A stretch of 64,000 nucleotides of DNA, taken from the NCBI RefSeq assembly GCF_963921235.1, contig NC_086108.1, positions 64,296,001 through 64,360,000 of the forward strand. The letters run 5' to 3'. The notes below the pieces were generated by a model. That model searched no databases, was not told the origin of the DNA, and saw only the letters and a program-made list of their open reading frames with translations. This document shows positions 50,589 through 63,089 of this stretch, piece by piece; positions within the stretch are counted from its first letter, which is position 1, and each line of letters begins with the position of its first letter. The DNA comes from Mobula hypostoma. Taxonomy: Eukaryota. A program made the translations under genes and the position numbers.

Positions 50589-52895
50589 CTTTGGATGAAA
50601 ACATGTATCTAAGAACCACTCACTCTTCAATATACATATGCACAGTTGTTATCCCTGAGGTTCACTTTTCTCAGGAATGAAGCCAATCCACAATATCCTT
50701 AAGTTTTATTTATTTTCCTGAAAATGTTGAGAGAGACATGTCAAGGTTTATTCCAAAATTGTCCTGTTTTCTTTTGTTTTGATGTCTCTCCTGTCTGATT
50801 GCTTTCAGCAAAACAATCAGAAAATGTGGTGTCCTTATATCTTGTCTAAATGAAGCAATCAGAAAATACATGATTGACATTCCCCTCTCTACATTTCATA
50901 TGTTTGCATGTAATTGACAAACAAATATTTCTGAAATGATTTACTTGTCCTTATTTCCATTAGTAGTTCCCAGAACTGAACAGGAAGCAAAAATATCAGG
51001 CCAGGGATCGTTGTTGAATTTAATTTTAGTGTTTTACGCATTGAATCAAAAATAGAATCAGAAATTCAATCAGAAATGAATTGCTGAGCCAAAGAAAATA
51101 TAATTTTGAAATCCGAATGTAATTTTAAGAAATTCCACCTGGAACTCAATGCAAGATGTCACAATTGTTTGTCTACAAATGATCTAAATTAGACAATTAA
51201 AGCTTGAACTGACACTTACTACTCCTGATGAAAAAAATTATAAGAATATTTTAATATGAAACTTAAAGTATGCAAGGTGCATATTTAAAATATATGATTA
51301 TTTGATAGAGTAACAGTGAAGCATCACAGGAGAACCAGCATCACAATACATTCAAGATTGACCAAGTCAGCTTGATTCATTTATGGTTAGACCTTTGTTT
51401 GGGTGACAGGTTAACAGTATAAATATTATTTCCATAGAATGCATTTTGATCTTTTTCAGGATACGACTGGAAAGCTCTTGGCTTTAACAAAGACATGCAA
51501 ATACATACTGTATATCAGAGTCAGTGCAGTGGAGTTGGCTTTGTCGCCTCCCTCTGGTCGATTGCATCCTAGAGCATCAGAATAATTTATTTCTGACAGC
51601 AGAATTATCTTTTCTCTCTGAGCAATTTGTCTCTCGGGGACAGTTATGTGTTGCACATCAGAAACACTAGATTAGAGTTGGTATAAATTTCTATTCCTTC
51701 ATTCTTAAGGAACCTTGCAGACAAATTGTGCATTCTGGCTAGACATCACAAACTTGAACTTTCATTATTAATATTTGCCCACATTGTATGTAGCTGTGTC
51801 TTAAATGATTCCCTTCTTCATACTTTTTGACTTGACTCTTTGCTTTTATGTCTTCCAGGATGCTTTTTTCTTCTTCCCCTTTTATTTCCTTTCATGTCTC
51901 TCATTCTCTATTTTTTAATCTTCCCCTTCTGTCCCTTCACCAGCCCTGCTACCCCCCTCTATTTTAGTAATCTATCTACCTCTAAGTATTACAAGTGCCA
52001 ACCTTTAAAACTTTTAATTATGAAAGAAATGCTCTCCTTCCTGTGAGTAACCCAAGCTGCATATTATTTGAAGTTCATCATTTTGCATTTATCAATGTAA
52101 ATGAAAGACAACTAAGGACCTAAAATTATTGAATTCTACATATCTAAAAGAGAAATCTTGCCTAGCTGGTAACTCCTAAAGCATTCCAGTCTTCATTGAC
52201 AAAGTCACTGGATAGCAGCAGAAGTTTAGTGTAGTTAAAAAACGAAGAAGTTGGAAAAAACAGAAAATAAAGGAAACCTGTCACAGATCAGGGAAGAGTT
52301 ATGGGAACTGAATCAGAGTTGTCAGAGTAAGCTGAGTAACTTTTCACTGGTACATCAGAAAGATGCTAAAGTGATTTTGTTGAATCACTAGGAGCTAATG
52401 TCCATGCAGCACTTGCATGATGATGCTGGATTAGGATGGGGGTGGGATAGAGTGAAGGGCATCATGATGTAAGCAGACAGGGACATAACACTACACTCGT
52501 TCCATTCTGGTTAAAATAATATGTGTAATAGAACATTATGGCCAGACATGCACATATTCACCCCACTGTGTTAGAGATATCTTTCTACAAGAGCCAGCAA
52601 ATATAAGTTTGTTGTGTGAGACGTTGTGTGCTTCTGATTCCAGATCAACCTTTCTGTCATCGAGATCAGTTAGTTATTCTCAAAGTATCACCTGTTACCA
52701 GTCTTGTATCATAGAGAGTCACAGAGGTGCACAGTACAGAAACAGACCCCGCAGCCCACATCGCCCATGCTAAACGAAACGTCTATTTGAGATAGTCGTA
52801 TTTGCCTTCATTTGGGTCATATATTTCTAAACCTTCTCTATCCACATTCCTATTCAAATATATTTGAAACATTGTAATTTTACCTTGCTCTACTG

Positions 52896-52974
52896 CAGGG
52901 ATTCCCAACCTCTTTTATGCCATGGACCCTTACCGTTAACCAAGGGTCTGTGGACCCCAGGTAAGGAATCCCTT
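52896..52974. mobile_element. hAT/Charlie-type MITE nested in a minus-strand CR1 3' remnant (about 52710-52990)
   Basis: cagggattcccaacct...aggtaaggaatccct. Flanks ctctactg and ttctacaa resemble a decayed 8-bp NTCTAGAN-type TSD. Confidence 0.75.
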
Positions 52975-53554
52975 TTCTACAACATCACCTTACTTACTAT
53001 TGATATGTTTCCTGTATCTCCTATTTCAGTTATTCCAAGGCTGTCCTGGTCATTCTCTAATCCTCATCCACAATGCATTTTGTACTCAAAACTACGCTGC
53101 AGTTATTTGAATTTTCACTGTCCCCATGATTGTGATCTGTATTAACTGCACCTTCCGTAACATAAGTTCACCTTTCTCGAAACCCTCTCCTTTCTTCAGG
53201 CTGCAGCAGTTTCACAATCCAGGTGCCACCGTGTCAATGCAGGACTCTGTGCATGCTACCAGCTAAAGTAGCAAAAAGTAGACACAACTAAGCAACTACG
53301 CAAGCAACCGATCAGATTAAAGTTCCGCCACATCTGAGTGATGGATGTTATTTAAACATTTAGAAGAAGGAGCAGGATCTAAGAGTAACCCTATACTCAA
53401 TGATGCAGAGCCCTGTGTGTAGGTGTCAAAGACAGATTTGCAACCGTATTTCGGCCAAGGGCAAGAATCAGATGGTCCACATCAGCTTCTTCCTGAACAC
53501 ACGAATCTCCAGACTTCAGCCACTTCAAATCACTCAGCATTATGTCAATAAATA

Positions 53555-54040
53555 AGACCATAAGAAATAAGACATAAAAGCAGAGTTAGGCCATTCAGCC
53601 CATCGAGTCTGCTCCACCATTCCATCATGGTTGATCCCAGATCCTACTCAACCCCATACACCTGCCTTCTCACCATATTCTTTGATGTCCTGGGATTTCA
53701 GGAAAATATCAACATCCACCACACATATACCCACAAACTTGGCTTCCACCACAGTCTGTGGCAGAGCATTCCACAGATTTACTACTCTGTGGCTAAAAGA
53801 GTTCTTCCTTACCTCTGTTCTAAAATGTTGCCCCTCAATTTTGAGGCAGTGCCCTCTAGTTCTGGATACCCCCACCATGGGAAACATGCTTTCCACATCC
53901 ACCTTATGTAGTCCTTTCAACATTCAGTAGGTTTCAATGAGATCCCCATGCATTTTTCGAAATTCCAGTGAGTACAGGCCCAAAGCTGCCAAATGGTCCT
54001 CATACGCTAACCTCTTCATTCCTGGAATCATCCTCTGGGA
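53555..54040 (-). mobile_element. CR1 3' fragment
   Basis: MLKGLHKVDVESMFPMVGVSRTRGHCLKIEGQHFRTEVRKNSFSHRVVNLWNALPQ; tail ataagaccataaga on the plus strand. Confidence 0.9.
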
Positions 54041-54384
54041 ATGAAGGTTAATGAATGCAATTAATGAAATTGAAGGCATCCCATTGTTATACTGAAAGCC
54101 TCTGCTCCAGCATTAACTGTGCCTCTAGCCAAGCTGTCGCAGTACACCTATAAGACTAGCAATAGCAGTATTGAGACAATGTGAAAAATTACCCAAGTAC
54201 ATCCAAACATCAGAACAAGTCGAATTACTGCATAATCATTCTACTCAATCATTAGTAAAGTAATGGAAAATGTTGTGTTCCATAAGTGTAAGTCACAATT
54301 ATTTGCCTATAACCTTCTCACCAATGCTCAGTTGGGGTTGCTGAGGTGACTTAGCTCCAGACTTCATCATGGTCTTGGTCTCTT

Positions 54385-55480
54385 GATACTATACTGGAGC
54401 CCAGGAAAAGTCTACTTGCTTGATCCAAAGCCAGTGACTGCTTCTTTCTACTGCTCTGATGTGGCTCTGATGGTTTGCCGCAGAGCCTGACCATGGATCC
54501 CTAGCTCCTTCAGCAACTTGATGGTGGATGTGGCTATAAGTTCCCTACAATCCATTTCCACAGGACAAACTTTGGTTCTCCAGCCCCGTCGCTGAGCTTC
54601 AGCTGCTAGATCTGCATAGCATAGCCACTTGCGCTGGTATACTTCAGCCACTGAATCCTCCCGCAGGACTGTGAGTTCCACAATGTAAACAATCTGCAAT
54701 GAATTGAGCCAGAGAGCCAAGTCTGACCTAATTGGTGGTAGCAATTTCCGGTAGAAAGGTAAGTTGGGTTATTGACATCCACCAGCTTTTTCCAGTCACA
54801 GGCCATGTTCGTCTGTCCTGTTTCTTGCTTAGGAGGGAGATTAGTTGGTCTTTTCCCTTCTTCCCAGATGAATGCTGCTTGTGTCAGAGTGTTAAACATT
54901 CTAGGGGCAAGGAGTTGGTCTCGATTGTAGCTGCCACACCCCTCAAGAGCAGGTTGTGATGCCATGTGTATCTGCCTTGTGTGAGGCTGTTTTTGCACCC
55001 TGCCAGGATATGCCTGAGGGTTGCCAGAATCGAGCACCGGGCACAAGTTGGGTCCTCACCAAACCATTGGTGGAGGTTTTTTTGTGAGGGAAGCACATCA
55101 TATGTAGCTCTGATGAGAAAGCCAAGTCTGTTTGCTTCCATCTCCCATATGTCCTTCCTTCTCTCAGTGCTTTCCCACCACATTCATTGCCCCTGCTTAA
55201 CCAGGGAGACAGCCTTTGCAATTCTCTCTGACTCTTCTTGTCGCCTCACTTCCTTGACAACCATCTTCCTTTGCTCTGGAATTGTGGTCTTGTGCCAGGT
55301 GGGTCCTCTTGCTGCCAAACTAAAACTGCCTCACCCTGTTGGACTTGCTCCACAATGTCTCTATGGCTAAGAGATGCTGTTGCTTGCTGCACCGTGTCAA
55401 CTGGGGACCACTTCCACCCAGTTGTTAAGGTGCATGCAGCATTACTTTCCAATTGTCCAAAAGTGCGCAGCTCTAAGAGC
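54385..55480 (-). mobile_element. HERO-like (R2 superfamily) non-LTR retrotransposon C-terminal fragment: zinc knuckle and restriction-like endonuclease
   Basis: TGWKWSP; FLIRATYDVLPSQKNLHQW; CARC..ATLRHILAGC; QGRYTWHHN; RSDLALW...IVELTV..E; GWRTKVCPVEMDCR; HWLWIK. Frameshifted. Confidence 0.85.
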
Positions 55481-55689
55481 ACTTGAGAAGTTTAAAATCT
55501 TTCAGGATAAGCAGGCCGCTCAACTGGTATCACTTCAGTCACCATAAGCATACATTCCTTCCATCACCATCACACCATGCCTGCAGAGTATACCATCTAC
55601 AATATGCACTTCAGTTTATTTCTAGGCAAATTCAGTGGTCTTCCAAATACATGATATCCACCAAGAAGGGCAGTTACAGCAGCAACATA

Positions 55690-55960
55690 AGGTTTTATGA
55701 GGCATTGGTCAGGCCAAGTATTGTGAGCAGTTTATCTGAGAAAAGATGTGGATACAAAGGAGGCTCACAAGAGTGATTCTGGGAATTAAAGAGTTAACAT
55801 ATGAGAAGCATTTGATTGCTCTGGGCCTCTGCTCACTGGAGTTTAGAAGAATGGGGGGGGGGTGGATCTCTTAAAACCTAATGAATATTGTGAGGCCTAG
55901 ATAGAGTGGATGCGGAAAGGATGTTTCCTATAGTGGGGGAGTTTAGTGCCAGAAGCCTAG
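55690..55960 (+). mobile_element. CR1 ORF2 C-terminal fragment
   Basis: tttatgaggcattggtcaggcc...tatgagaagcatttgattgctctgggcctctgctcactggagtttagaaga, similar to 1-100. Confidence 0.82.
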
Positions 55961-57125
55961 ACCTGGGAAAATACAATAAGTAAAGCCGTTAAGAACTTTA
56001 CACTTAACAATTCTGGACACCAGCGTAGCACATCACCCACCAATGAGCAGCGCCTTCAATGAGCTCTAAGCTATTAAATATCCATCCACAATCCCGCCAT
56101 CCTTCTCTTTCTCTCAACATACTCTGCCTTTGGCTGAATGCCAATTAATTGTCTGATTACACATACAATGGAAAAGCTTTACACTGAAAGAAAGCTGTTA
56201 ATATTAATTTCAGTACTTTTGTATAGAGGGAAAGATCAAAGTTTGGCTGTCTTACTTCAGCTGCTCAAAATTTCTGTTTCCTAATAGACATTTCTGTTAT
56301 CAGACTGAGGCAGCTATGAACTTGTATAGTGTGTAAGTGGTCTGGTGTGCTTAGTAAATTGCTCCTGTAGCTGGAGATCACATGGCTACCACCTCCAAGC
56401 CTCACTCAATTCTTCTGTCTTCTTCAAAAGCTGAAAAACATCATAACATCAGCTGCTCAAGTAGAGACACTAATGACCAGATTTAGGAACCGGTGGCATA
56501 GCTGCTTCCAAATACCAAGTAACGTAGCTGAAGACATTACAGAATCAAAGTACACATGGTCTAAATACACTTTTTCAAGACTTTTCTTATCCAGCTTGAA
56601 CCTGGTACGGCTTTTGCATATTCTTGTGATGTTTGATATATTTCGCACACGACCAACAGAGTCCAGGTTTCCAGGCAGAAATAAAACACATGGATAATTT
56701 CTGCAATAATTAACACAAGGAGATGAATTTATTCTTACTATCAACCATTTAAAGTTAATGGTTATTCAGTGTTAGCTTCAGTGCTCAGGGTTAACATCAT
56801 GCCATGCTGGAAGTTAGTCAGACACATTGGCCATAAACCTTTCAACTGCAATGAATGAACAGGTGCCTAAAGAATGTGTCAATTAGGTCCCCATTAGCTG
56901 GGTTAAATTAATTGCTTTGACCCGACAAAGATCAGACATCACAAAGGACATAGTTAGGAGGATCACATGGGAGCTTCAGGAGAGATTTGTAAATGAAGTG
57001 AGGGGAGTTTTGAGCCGCAGCCGCTTTTAATCTTCTTCAGTCCATAAAGCAAATTCTGTGCAACTGTTTAAGGTGCTTCTGGGATGTACCCATGTACCTT
57101 AGACTAGTCTTTGGGCAATTATGAC

Positions 57126-57990
57126 AGAATCAGAATCAGGTTTAACATCACTGGCCTATGTCGTGAAATTTGTTGTTTTGTGGTGGCAGTACAGTGCAAT
57201 CCATAAAAAGTTTGAAAGACCATAAGTCACAATTACACATAAATTAAATGAACAATGCAAAAGGAGAGCAATAAAAGAAAGAAAAATTAGTGAAGTAGTG
57301 TACATGGGTTCATTGTACATTCAGAAATCTGGTGGCGGAGGTGAAGTAGATGTTCCTAAAATGTTGAGAGTGTGTCTTCAGGCTCCTGTACCTCTTCCTT
57401 GAATGTAGCAATGAGGAGGAGAAGAAGCTGTTCCTAAAACATCGAGAGCATGTCTTTAGGCTCCTGCACCTCTTCCTTGAATGTAATGAGAAGAGGGCAT
57501 GCCATGGATGATGGAGTCCTTAATGCCAGATGCTGTATTTTTGAAGCATTGCCTTTTGATGACATCCTCAATGCTGGGCTTCACATTGTTTCAGTCAAAG
57601 TTCAAAGAAAGCTCATTATCAAAATACATATCTGTCACCATATACAACCCTGAGATTCATTTTCTTGCAGGCACACTCAATAAATCTATTATAGGATAAT
57701 AACTATAATAGAATCAATGGAAGTTTGTACCAACTTGGGTGTTCAAACAGTGTGCAAAAACAACAAATTGTGCAAATACAAATAGAAAAATAATAATAAA
57801 TAAACAAATAAGCTATAAATATCAAGAACATGAGATAAAGAGTCCTTGAAAGTGAGTCCATAGGTTAATGGAACATTTCAATGTTGGGAGGAGTGAGGTT
57901 GAGTGAAATTATCCACTTTGGTTCAAGAGCTTGATGGTTGTGGGGTAATAACTGTTCCTGAACCTGGTGGTCTGAGTCCTGAGGCTCAAG
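57126..57990 (-). mobile_element. Two adjacent Rex1/Babar 3' ends (57126-57585 and 57592-57990)
   Basis: Tails cagaatcagaatcag and tcaaagttcaaag; RTQTTRFRNSYYPTTIKLLN. An internal duplication of about 78 bp lies at 57352-57486. Confidence 0.8.
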
Positions 57991-59571
57991 ATTCTCAGTC
58001 TGAGAGCTAAAACACCAGTTTCCACATATTCAAGAGATTTTTGCCTGAATTTCAAATACTTTTCATAAAGAAAGTAAATAGGGATCTGAAAATATGCACA
58101 CAATGAGAAACAGATGATTAACGTTTTATTTGTTTTAGTTCACATTCCATCCTGTTCACCTCAGTGGTGGAAAATAAATTCCCTCTTCATTCATATTTAT
58201 TACTCCCTCCCTTCAAACCATTGCACTTAAGCAACAGCCAAATGGCCACAGAAAGCAGAAAAACCATAAACTGCTCTGAGCAATTTACAAATGCAGCATG
58301 TGAGTTACTTGAGCTCCTTCAAGGAAAATATCTTGGATTTTCACAAGAAGCAAAGTTATTAACTGATTTATTACCATAAGACCATAGGTCATAGGAAAAA
58401 AATTAGGCCATTTGACCCATGGAGACCGCTCTGTCATTTTGTCATGGCTGATCTATTTTTCCTCTCAGCCCTAATTTCCTGCCTTCTCCCCATATCCCTT
58501 CATGCCCCTGACCAATCAATAATCTGATTACCTGGAGTTACCTTTGAATATCCTAAGAAAGCCCACTTTAATCCTCAAAATTATATATCAAACTTCTTTT
58601 TGTCACCAGTCCATTGATAGCAAGAAAGACATTGTCATAGATGTGGAAGGAGGAACCCAATAATCCTCTCAACATTGAGAGAAGCAGACCAATGTCCAAT
58701 CATGAAATGGAGCGTGGATGTACAAAGGACAAAGAAAAAAGAAATATCCCCATTGGTGTGGCCCTAAATCATGAAAAAAATTGCATTTGTCAGTTGTGCT
58801 CTTCATCAGTTCAAATATGCTAATTTTCCAAGATTTAATTGGTGCGTCTGAGGGTGCATAAAGACAAAACAAGTAATTTATTAGTTTCCTGGATGGAAAC
58901 TGAGGATTTGCCTGTGACTTGTTCCTGCGAGTGTAAGTCTTTGGATACCATATGACAACAGGATTGTGTGGCCTGCCAGTATCGGGGATCTTTGGCTCTC
59001 ATGGAGTAAAGTAATTACATGTTTGAGTTAGCAGATGGATAGAAGCATTCTTTATATATTCCCGACATACTCAGCCATTTCAAAAAAACAAGGGTTAAGG
59101 GAGGAAAACTCGAAAAGAGAAAAGGAAAGGAAGCATTCAAAATATCTACTCAGCGTCAACTAAAGACAACAGATTTGCTACAAGAGGAGTATAGCAATAT
59201 AAGGACATTAGAATTAGGACAGGAGTATATCAAATGGTCTCCTGTTAATCTTAACAAATGCTCTACTATTCATTAGCCTTATGACTTATTTGATCTTGCC
59301 CTCCAATTCACTTTCCTACTAATTCCTGTCATCTTTGATTCACCTTTTGTTGAATAATTTATCCATCTCTTAATTCAGCCTCTGTGCTCTCTAGGTTAGA
59401 ACATTTCAAAGATTCACAACCCTCTAGTTTAAATTGCAACTATCTATGTTTTAAATAGACAATCCTTACTCTGAAATTAGGTTTCCTAATTCGAGGTTCT
59501 TCATGAGGAAAAACGATCCCTCAGCCTCCACCCCTGTCGAACCAGCTCAGAAACTAAAAACAGAAAACTGC

Positions 59572-60010
59572 ATATAGAACATAGAATAGTACAGCACAGT
59601 ATAGGCTCTTCAGCCCACAATGTTGTGCCGACCCTTAAACCCTGCCTCCCATATAACCCCCCACCTCAAATTCCTCCATATATCTGTCTAGTAGACTCTT
59701 AAATTTCACTAGTGTATCTGTCTCCACCACTGATTCAGGCAGTGCATTCCACACACCAACCACTCTCTGAGTAAAAAACCTTCCTCTAATATCCCCCTTG
59801 AACTTCCCACCCTCTACCTTAAAGCTATATCCTCTTGAATTGAGCAGTGGTGTCCTGGGGAAGAGGCGCTGGCTATCCACTCTATCTATTCCTCTTAATA
59901 TCTTGTATACCTCTATCATGTCTCCTCTCATCCTCCTTCTCTCCAAAGAGTAAAGCCCTAGCTCCCTTAATCTCTGATCACAATGCATACTCTCTAAACC
60001 AGGCAGCATC
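59572..60010 (-). mobile_element. Relatively young CR1 3' fragment
   Basis: MLPGLESMHCDQRLRELGLYSLERRRMRGDMIEVYKILRGIDRVDSQRLFP; tail atagaacatagaatag on the plus strand. Confidence 0.92.
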
Positions 60011-60452
60011 AGTTGTCCACCATTTTCAGTTTCAACTTCATTCACCTCAGGAGGTAAAGAAAATAAGAAATTCTCCCCCACAGTTGACTCCCCTAAGTCT
60101 GGAGGGCCTGGGTTTGGGGTAAGGGAATTAGATGGACTTGAAGGAGAATTGTTTCACTCAGATGGGGTAGCTAGAATCAGGAACCCATTGCCTCAGTGAA
60201 TGGTGGAGTAAGGTCTGCTCACAGCATTTAGACAAGCACTTGAATTATTAACGCATTGAAATCTGAAAAAAACAAGTGCTGATTGATAGGGTTAATATAG
60301 AAGGGTTTTGATGCTCAGTATGGACACAATGGGCTGAAGAGCCTGATTCACTGCAGTGCAACTCTCTGACTTGAAGGCATTCACTCTGTTACAATAGGAA
60401 ATCTGTTACAAATACATTTGATCGGATCTCTAAAACGGCATTAATTGGTAAT

Positions 60453-62112
60453 GTAAACACGAGGAAATCTGCAGGTGCTGGAATTTCAAGCAACACACAT
60501 AAAAATTGCTGGTGCACGCAGCAGGCCAGGCAGCATCTATAGGAGGAGGTATAGTCGACGTATCGGGCCGAGACCCTTCGTCAAGACTAACTGAAAGAAG
60601 AGGTAGTAAGAGATTTGAAAGTGGGAGGGGGAGGGGGAGATCTGAAATGATAGGAGAAGACAGGAGGGGGAGGGATGGAGCTAAGAGCTGGAAAGTTGAT
60701 TGGAAAAAGGGATATGAGAGGATCATGGGACGGGAGGCCTAGGGAGGAAGAAAGGAGGAGGAGGGAAGCCCAGAGGATGGGCAAGGAGTATAGTGAGAGG
60801 GACAGAGGGAGAAAAAGGAGAGAGAAATAAATAAATAAACAAACAAACAAACAAACAAATAAATAGATAATGGATGGGATATGAAGGGGAGGTGGGACAT
60901 TAACAGAAGTTAGAGAAGTCAATGTTCATGCCATCAGGTTGGAGGTTATCCAGATGGAATATAAGGTTTTGTTCCTCCAACCTGAGTGTGGCTTCATCTT
61001 GACAGCAGAGGAGGCTATGGATAGACATCTCAGAATGGGAATGGGACATGGAATTAAAATGTGTGGCCACTGGGAGATCCTGCTTTCTCTGGTGGACAGA
61101 GCGTAGGTGTTCAGCGAAACGATCTCCCAGCCTGTGTCAGGTCTCACTAATATATGGAAGGCTGCATCGGGGGCACCGGACACAGTTATCACCCCAGCCG
61201 ACTCACAGGTGAAGTGTCGCCTAACCTGGAAGGACTGTCTGGGGCTCTGAATGGTGGCGAGGGAGGAATTGTAAGGGCATGTGTAGCACTTGTTCCACTT
61301 ACAAGGATAAGTGCCGGGAGGGAGATTGGAGATTGGTAGGAAGGAATGGGGGAGATGAATGGACAAGGGAGTCACGCAGGGAGCAATCCCTGTAGAAAGC
61401 CAGGGGGCGGGGGGGGAGGGAAAGATGTACTTAGTGGTGAGATCCCGTTGGAGGCGGCGGAAATTACGGAGAATAATATGTTGGACCCGGAGGCTGGTGG
61501 GGTGGTAGGTGAGGACAAGGGGAACCCTATTCCTAGTGGGGTGGCAGCAGCATGGGGTGAGAGCAGATGTGCGTGAAATGGGGGAGATGCGTTTAAGAAC
61601 AGGGTTGATGGTGGAGGAAGGGAAGCCACTTTCTTAAAAAAAGGAAGACACCTCCTTCATCCTGGAATGAAAAGCCTCATCCTGAGAGCAGATGTGGCGG
61701 AGACGGAGGAATTGCGAGAAGGGGATGGCACTTTTGCAAGAGACAGGGTGGGAAGAGGAATAGTCCAGGTAGCCGTGAGAGTCCATAGGCTTATAGTAGA
61801 CATCAGTAGATAAGCTGTCTCCAGAGATAGAGACAAAAAGATCAAGAAAGGAGAGGGAGGTGTTCGAAATGGACCAGGTAAACTTGAGGGCAGGGTGAAA
61901 GTTGGAGGCAAAGTTAATGGAGTCAACGAGTTCAGCATGCGTGCAGGAAGCAGCGCCAATGCAGTCGTCGATGAAGCGAAGGAAAAGTAGGGGACACATA
62001 CCAGTATAGGCTTAGATCATGGATTGTTTCACAAAGCCAACAAAAAGGCAGGCAAAGCTGGGACCCATACGGGTGCCCATGGCTACACCTTTAGTTTGGA
62101 GGAAGTGGGAGG
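60453..62112 (-). mobile_element. 5'-truncated Penelope-like element (probably Neptune-type): RT, Cys-rich linker, GIY-YIG, terminal repeat
   Basis: QTKGVAMGTRMGPSFACLF; LRFIDD; FLDL; YYKPMDSHGYLDYSSSHP..CKSAIPFSQFLRLRHICS; PCKWNKCYTC; frameshifted GIY-YIG (PYISET*HRLGDRFAEH). Possible TSD aatgta at 60450-60455 and 62113-62118. Confidence 0.94.
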
Positions 62113-62315
62113 AATGTAGTGGTTAGCATAGCACTATTACAGTGCCAGAATCAAGTTGCAATTTCCGCTGCTATTTGTAAGAAGTTTGTATATTCTCCTC
62201 ATGACTGTGTAGGTTTCCTCCCATGTTCTAAAGAATTGTAGGTTGGTTGGCTAATTCATCACATGGATATACTGGACGGCATGGGCTCATAGTCCAGAGG
62301 ACCTGTTACTGAGCT
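62113..62315 (+). mobile_element. V-SINE body, head split by the PLE
   Basis: gtagtggttagcatagcactattacag...tttgtatattctcctcatgactgtgtaggtttcctcccatgttctaaaga...cctgttactgagct aligns with 49921-50164. Confidence 0.8.
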
Positions 62316-63061
62316 TGTAGTGTTCTCGTGCTGTGTGTTGAAAGTCTGACTAAACACCAAGTTAAACCAGAGCCAATGAAGACAGAGTCGTAGTTAGTTT
62401 AACCATTTACTGTTCACTCTTCCACATTAACATCGTATAGTGAAAACTGTTGATTAAAAAAATACAAACGTATACAGCGTCTGTTTCATTCTGGAGACCG
62501 TGTGCACTCTCTTCTTTTACCGAGTGTCTCCAGCCGCTCCAAGTAACGGGCGAGGGGGTCGCGTCAAACCGCCATTGGCCTCGAGCCGACCCCACATTTG
62601 AAATTGAAAAGCCAGCACGCACACCGCCCCAACCGTCGCTTCCTTTACAGAAACCGCGTTAATATTTTTACTTCAAATACATTCTTATGAACTTATGGCA
62701 TTGCTTCTATAATGTTTCTTTGTGGGTAGAAACGGAGCTCTTCACGATCATGCTGCACACATGGTAACTACCTTCACACCTTCTCCGAAGCGGAGGTTAC
62801 ACATAAGACGTGGTGACACCGGAGGTGACGTCATCACATGCCGTGATATACCATAGACAATGAACTTACCTTTGTTATACAGTAACTTAATTATCAACCT
62901 TAACTTTAACTAGAAAATAGTTACAAACAAATCATTTAAAGTGTAGACCCGACAAAGTCAAATAAATGCCTTAAGGGCAACACGGAGCTATATCTCCAAA
63001 ACCAAAATTTAAAAAAATCGTAACTGAGTATTCTTTGATAAAAGGATAGACGTTCTCAACA
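62316..63061 (-). mobile_element. CpG-rich non-coding insertion, possibly one or two solo LTRs
   Basis: Begins TGTAG and ends CAACA; AGTAAA on the minus strand near 62406; far more CpG than the flanks; no clear TSD. Confidence 0.4.
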
Positions 63062-63089
63062 AATAAAATAAAACTTAAAATAAGAATCA

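Noticed and set aside
56457..56744. 95-aa minus-strand ORF in unique DNA
   Set aside because: No recognisable domain or clear exon boundaries; length is compatible with chance.
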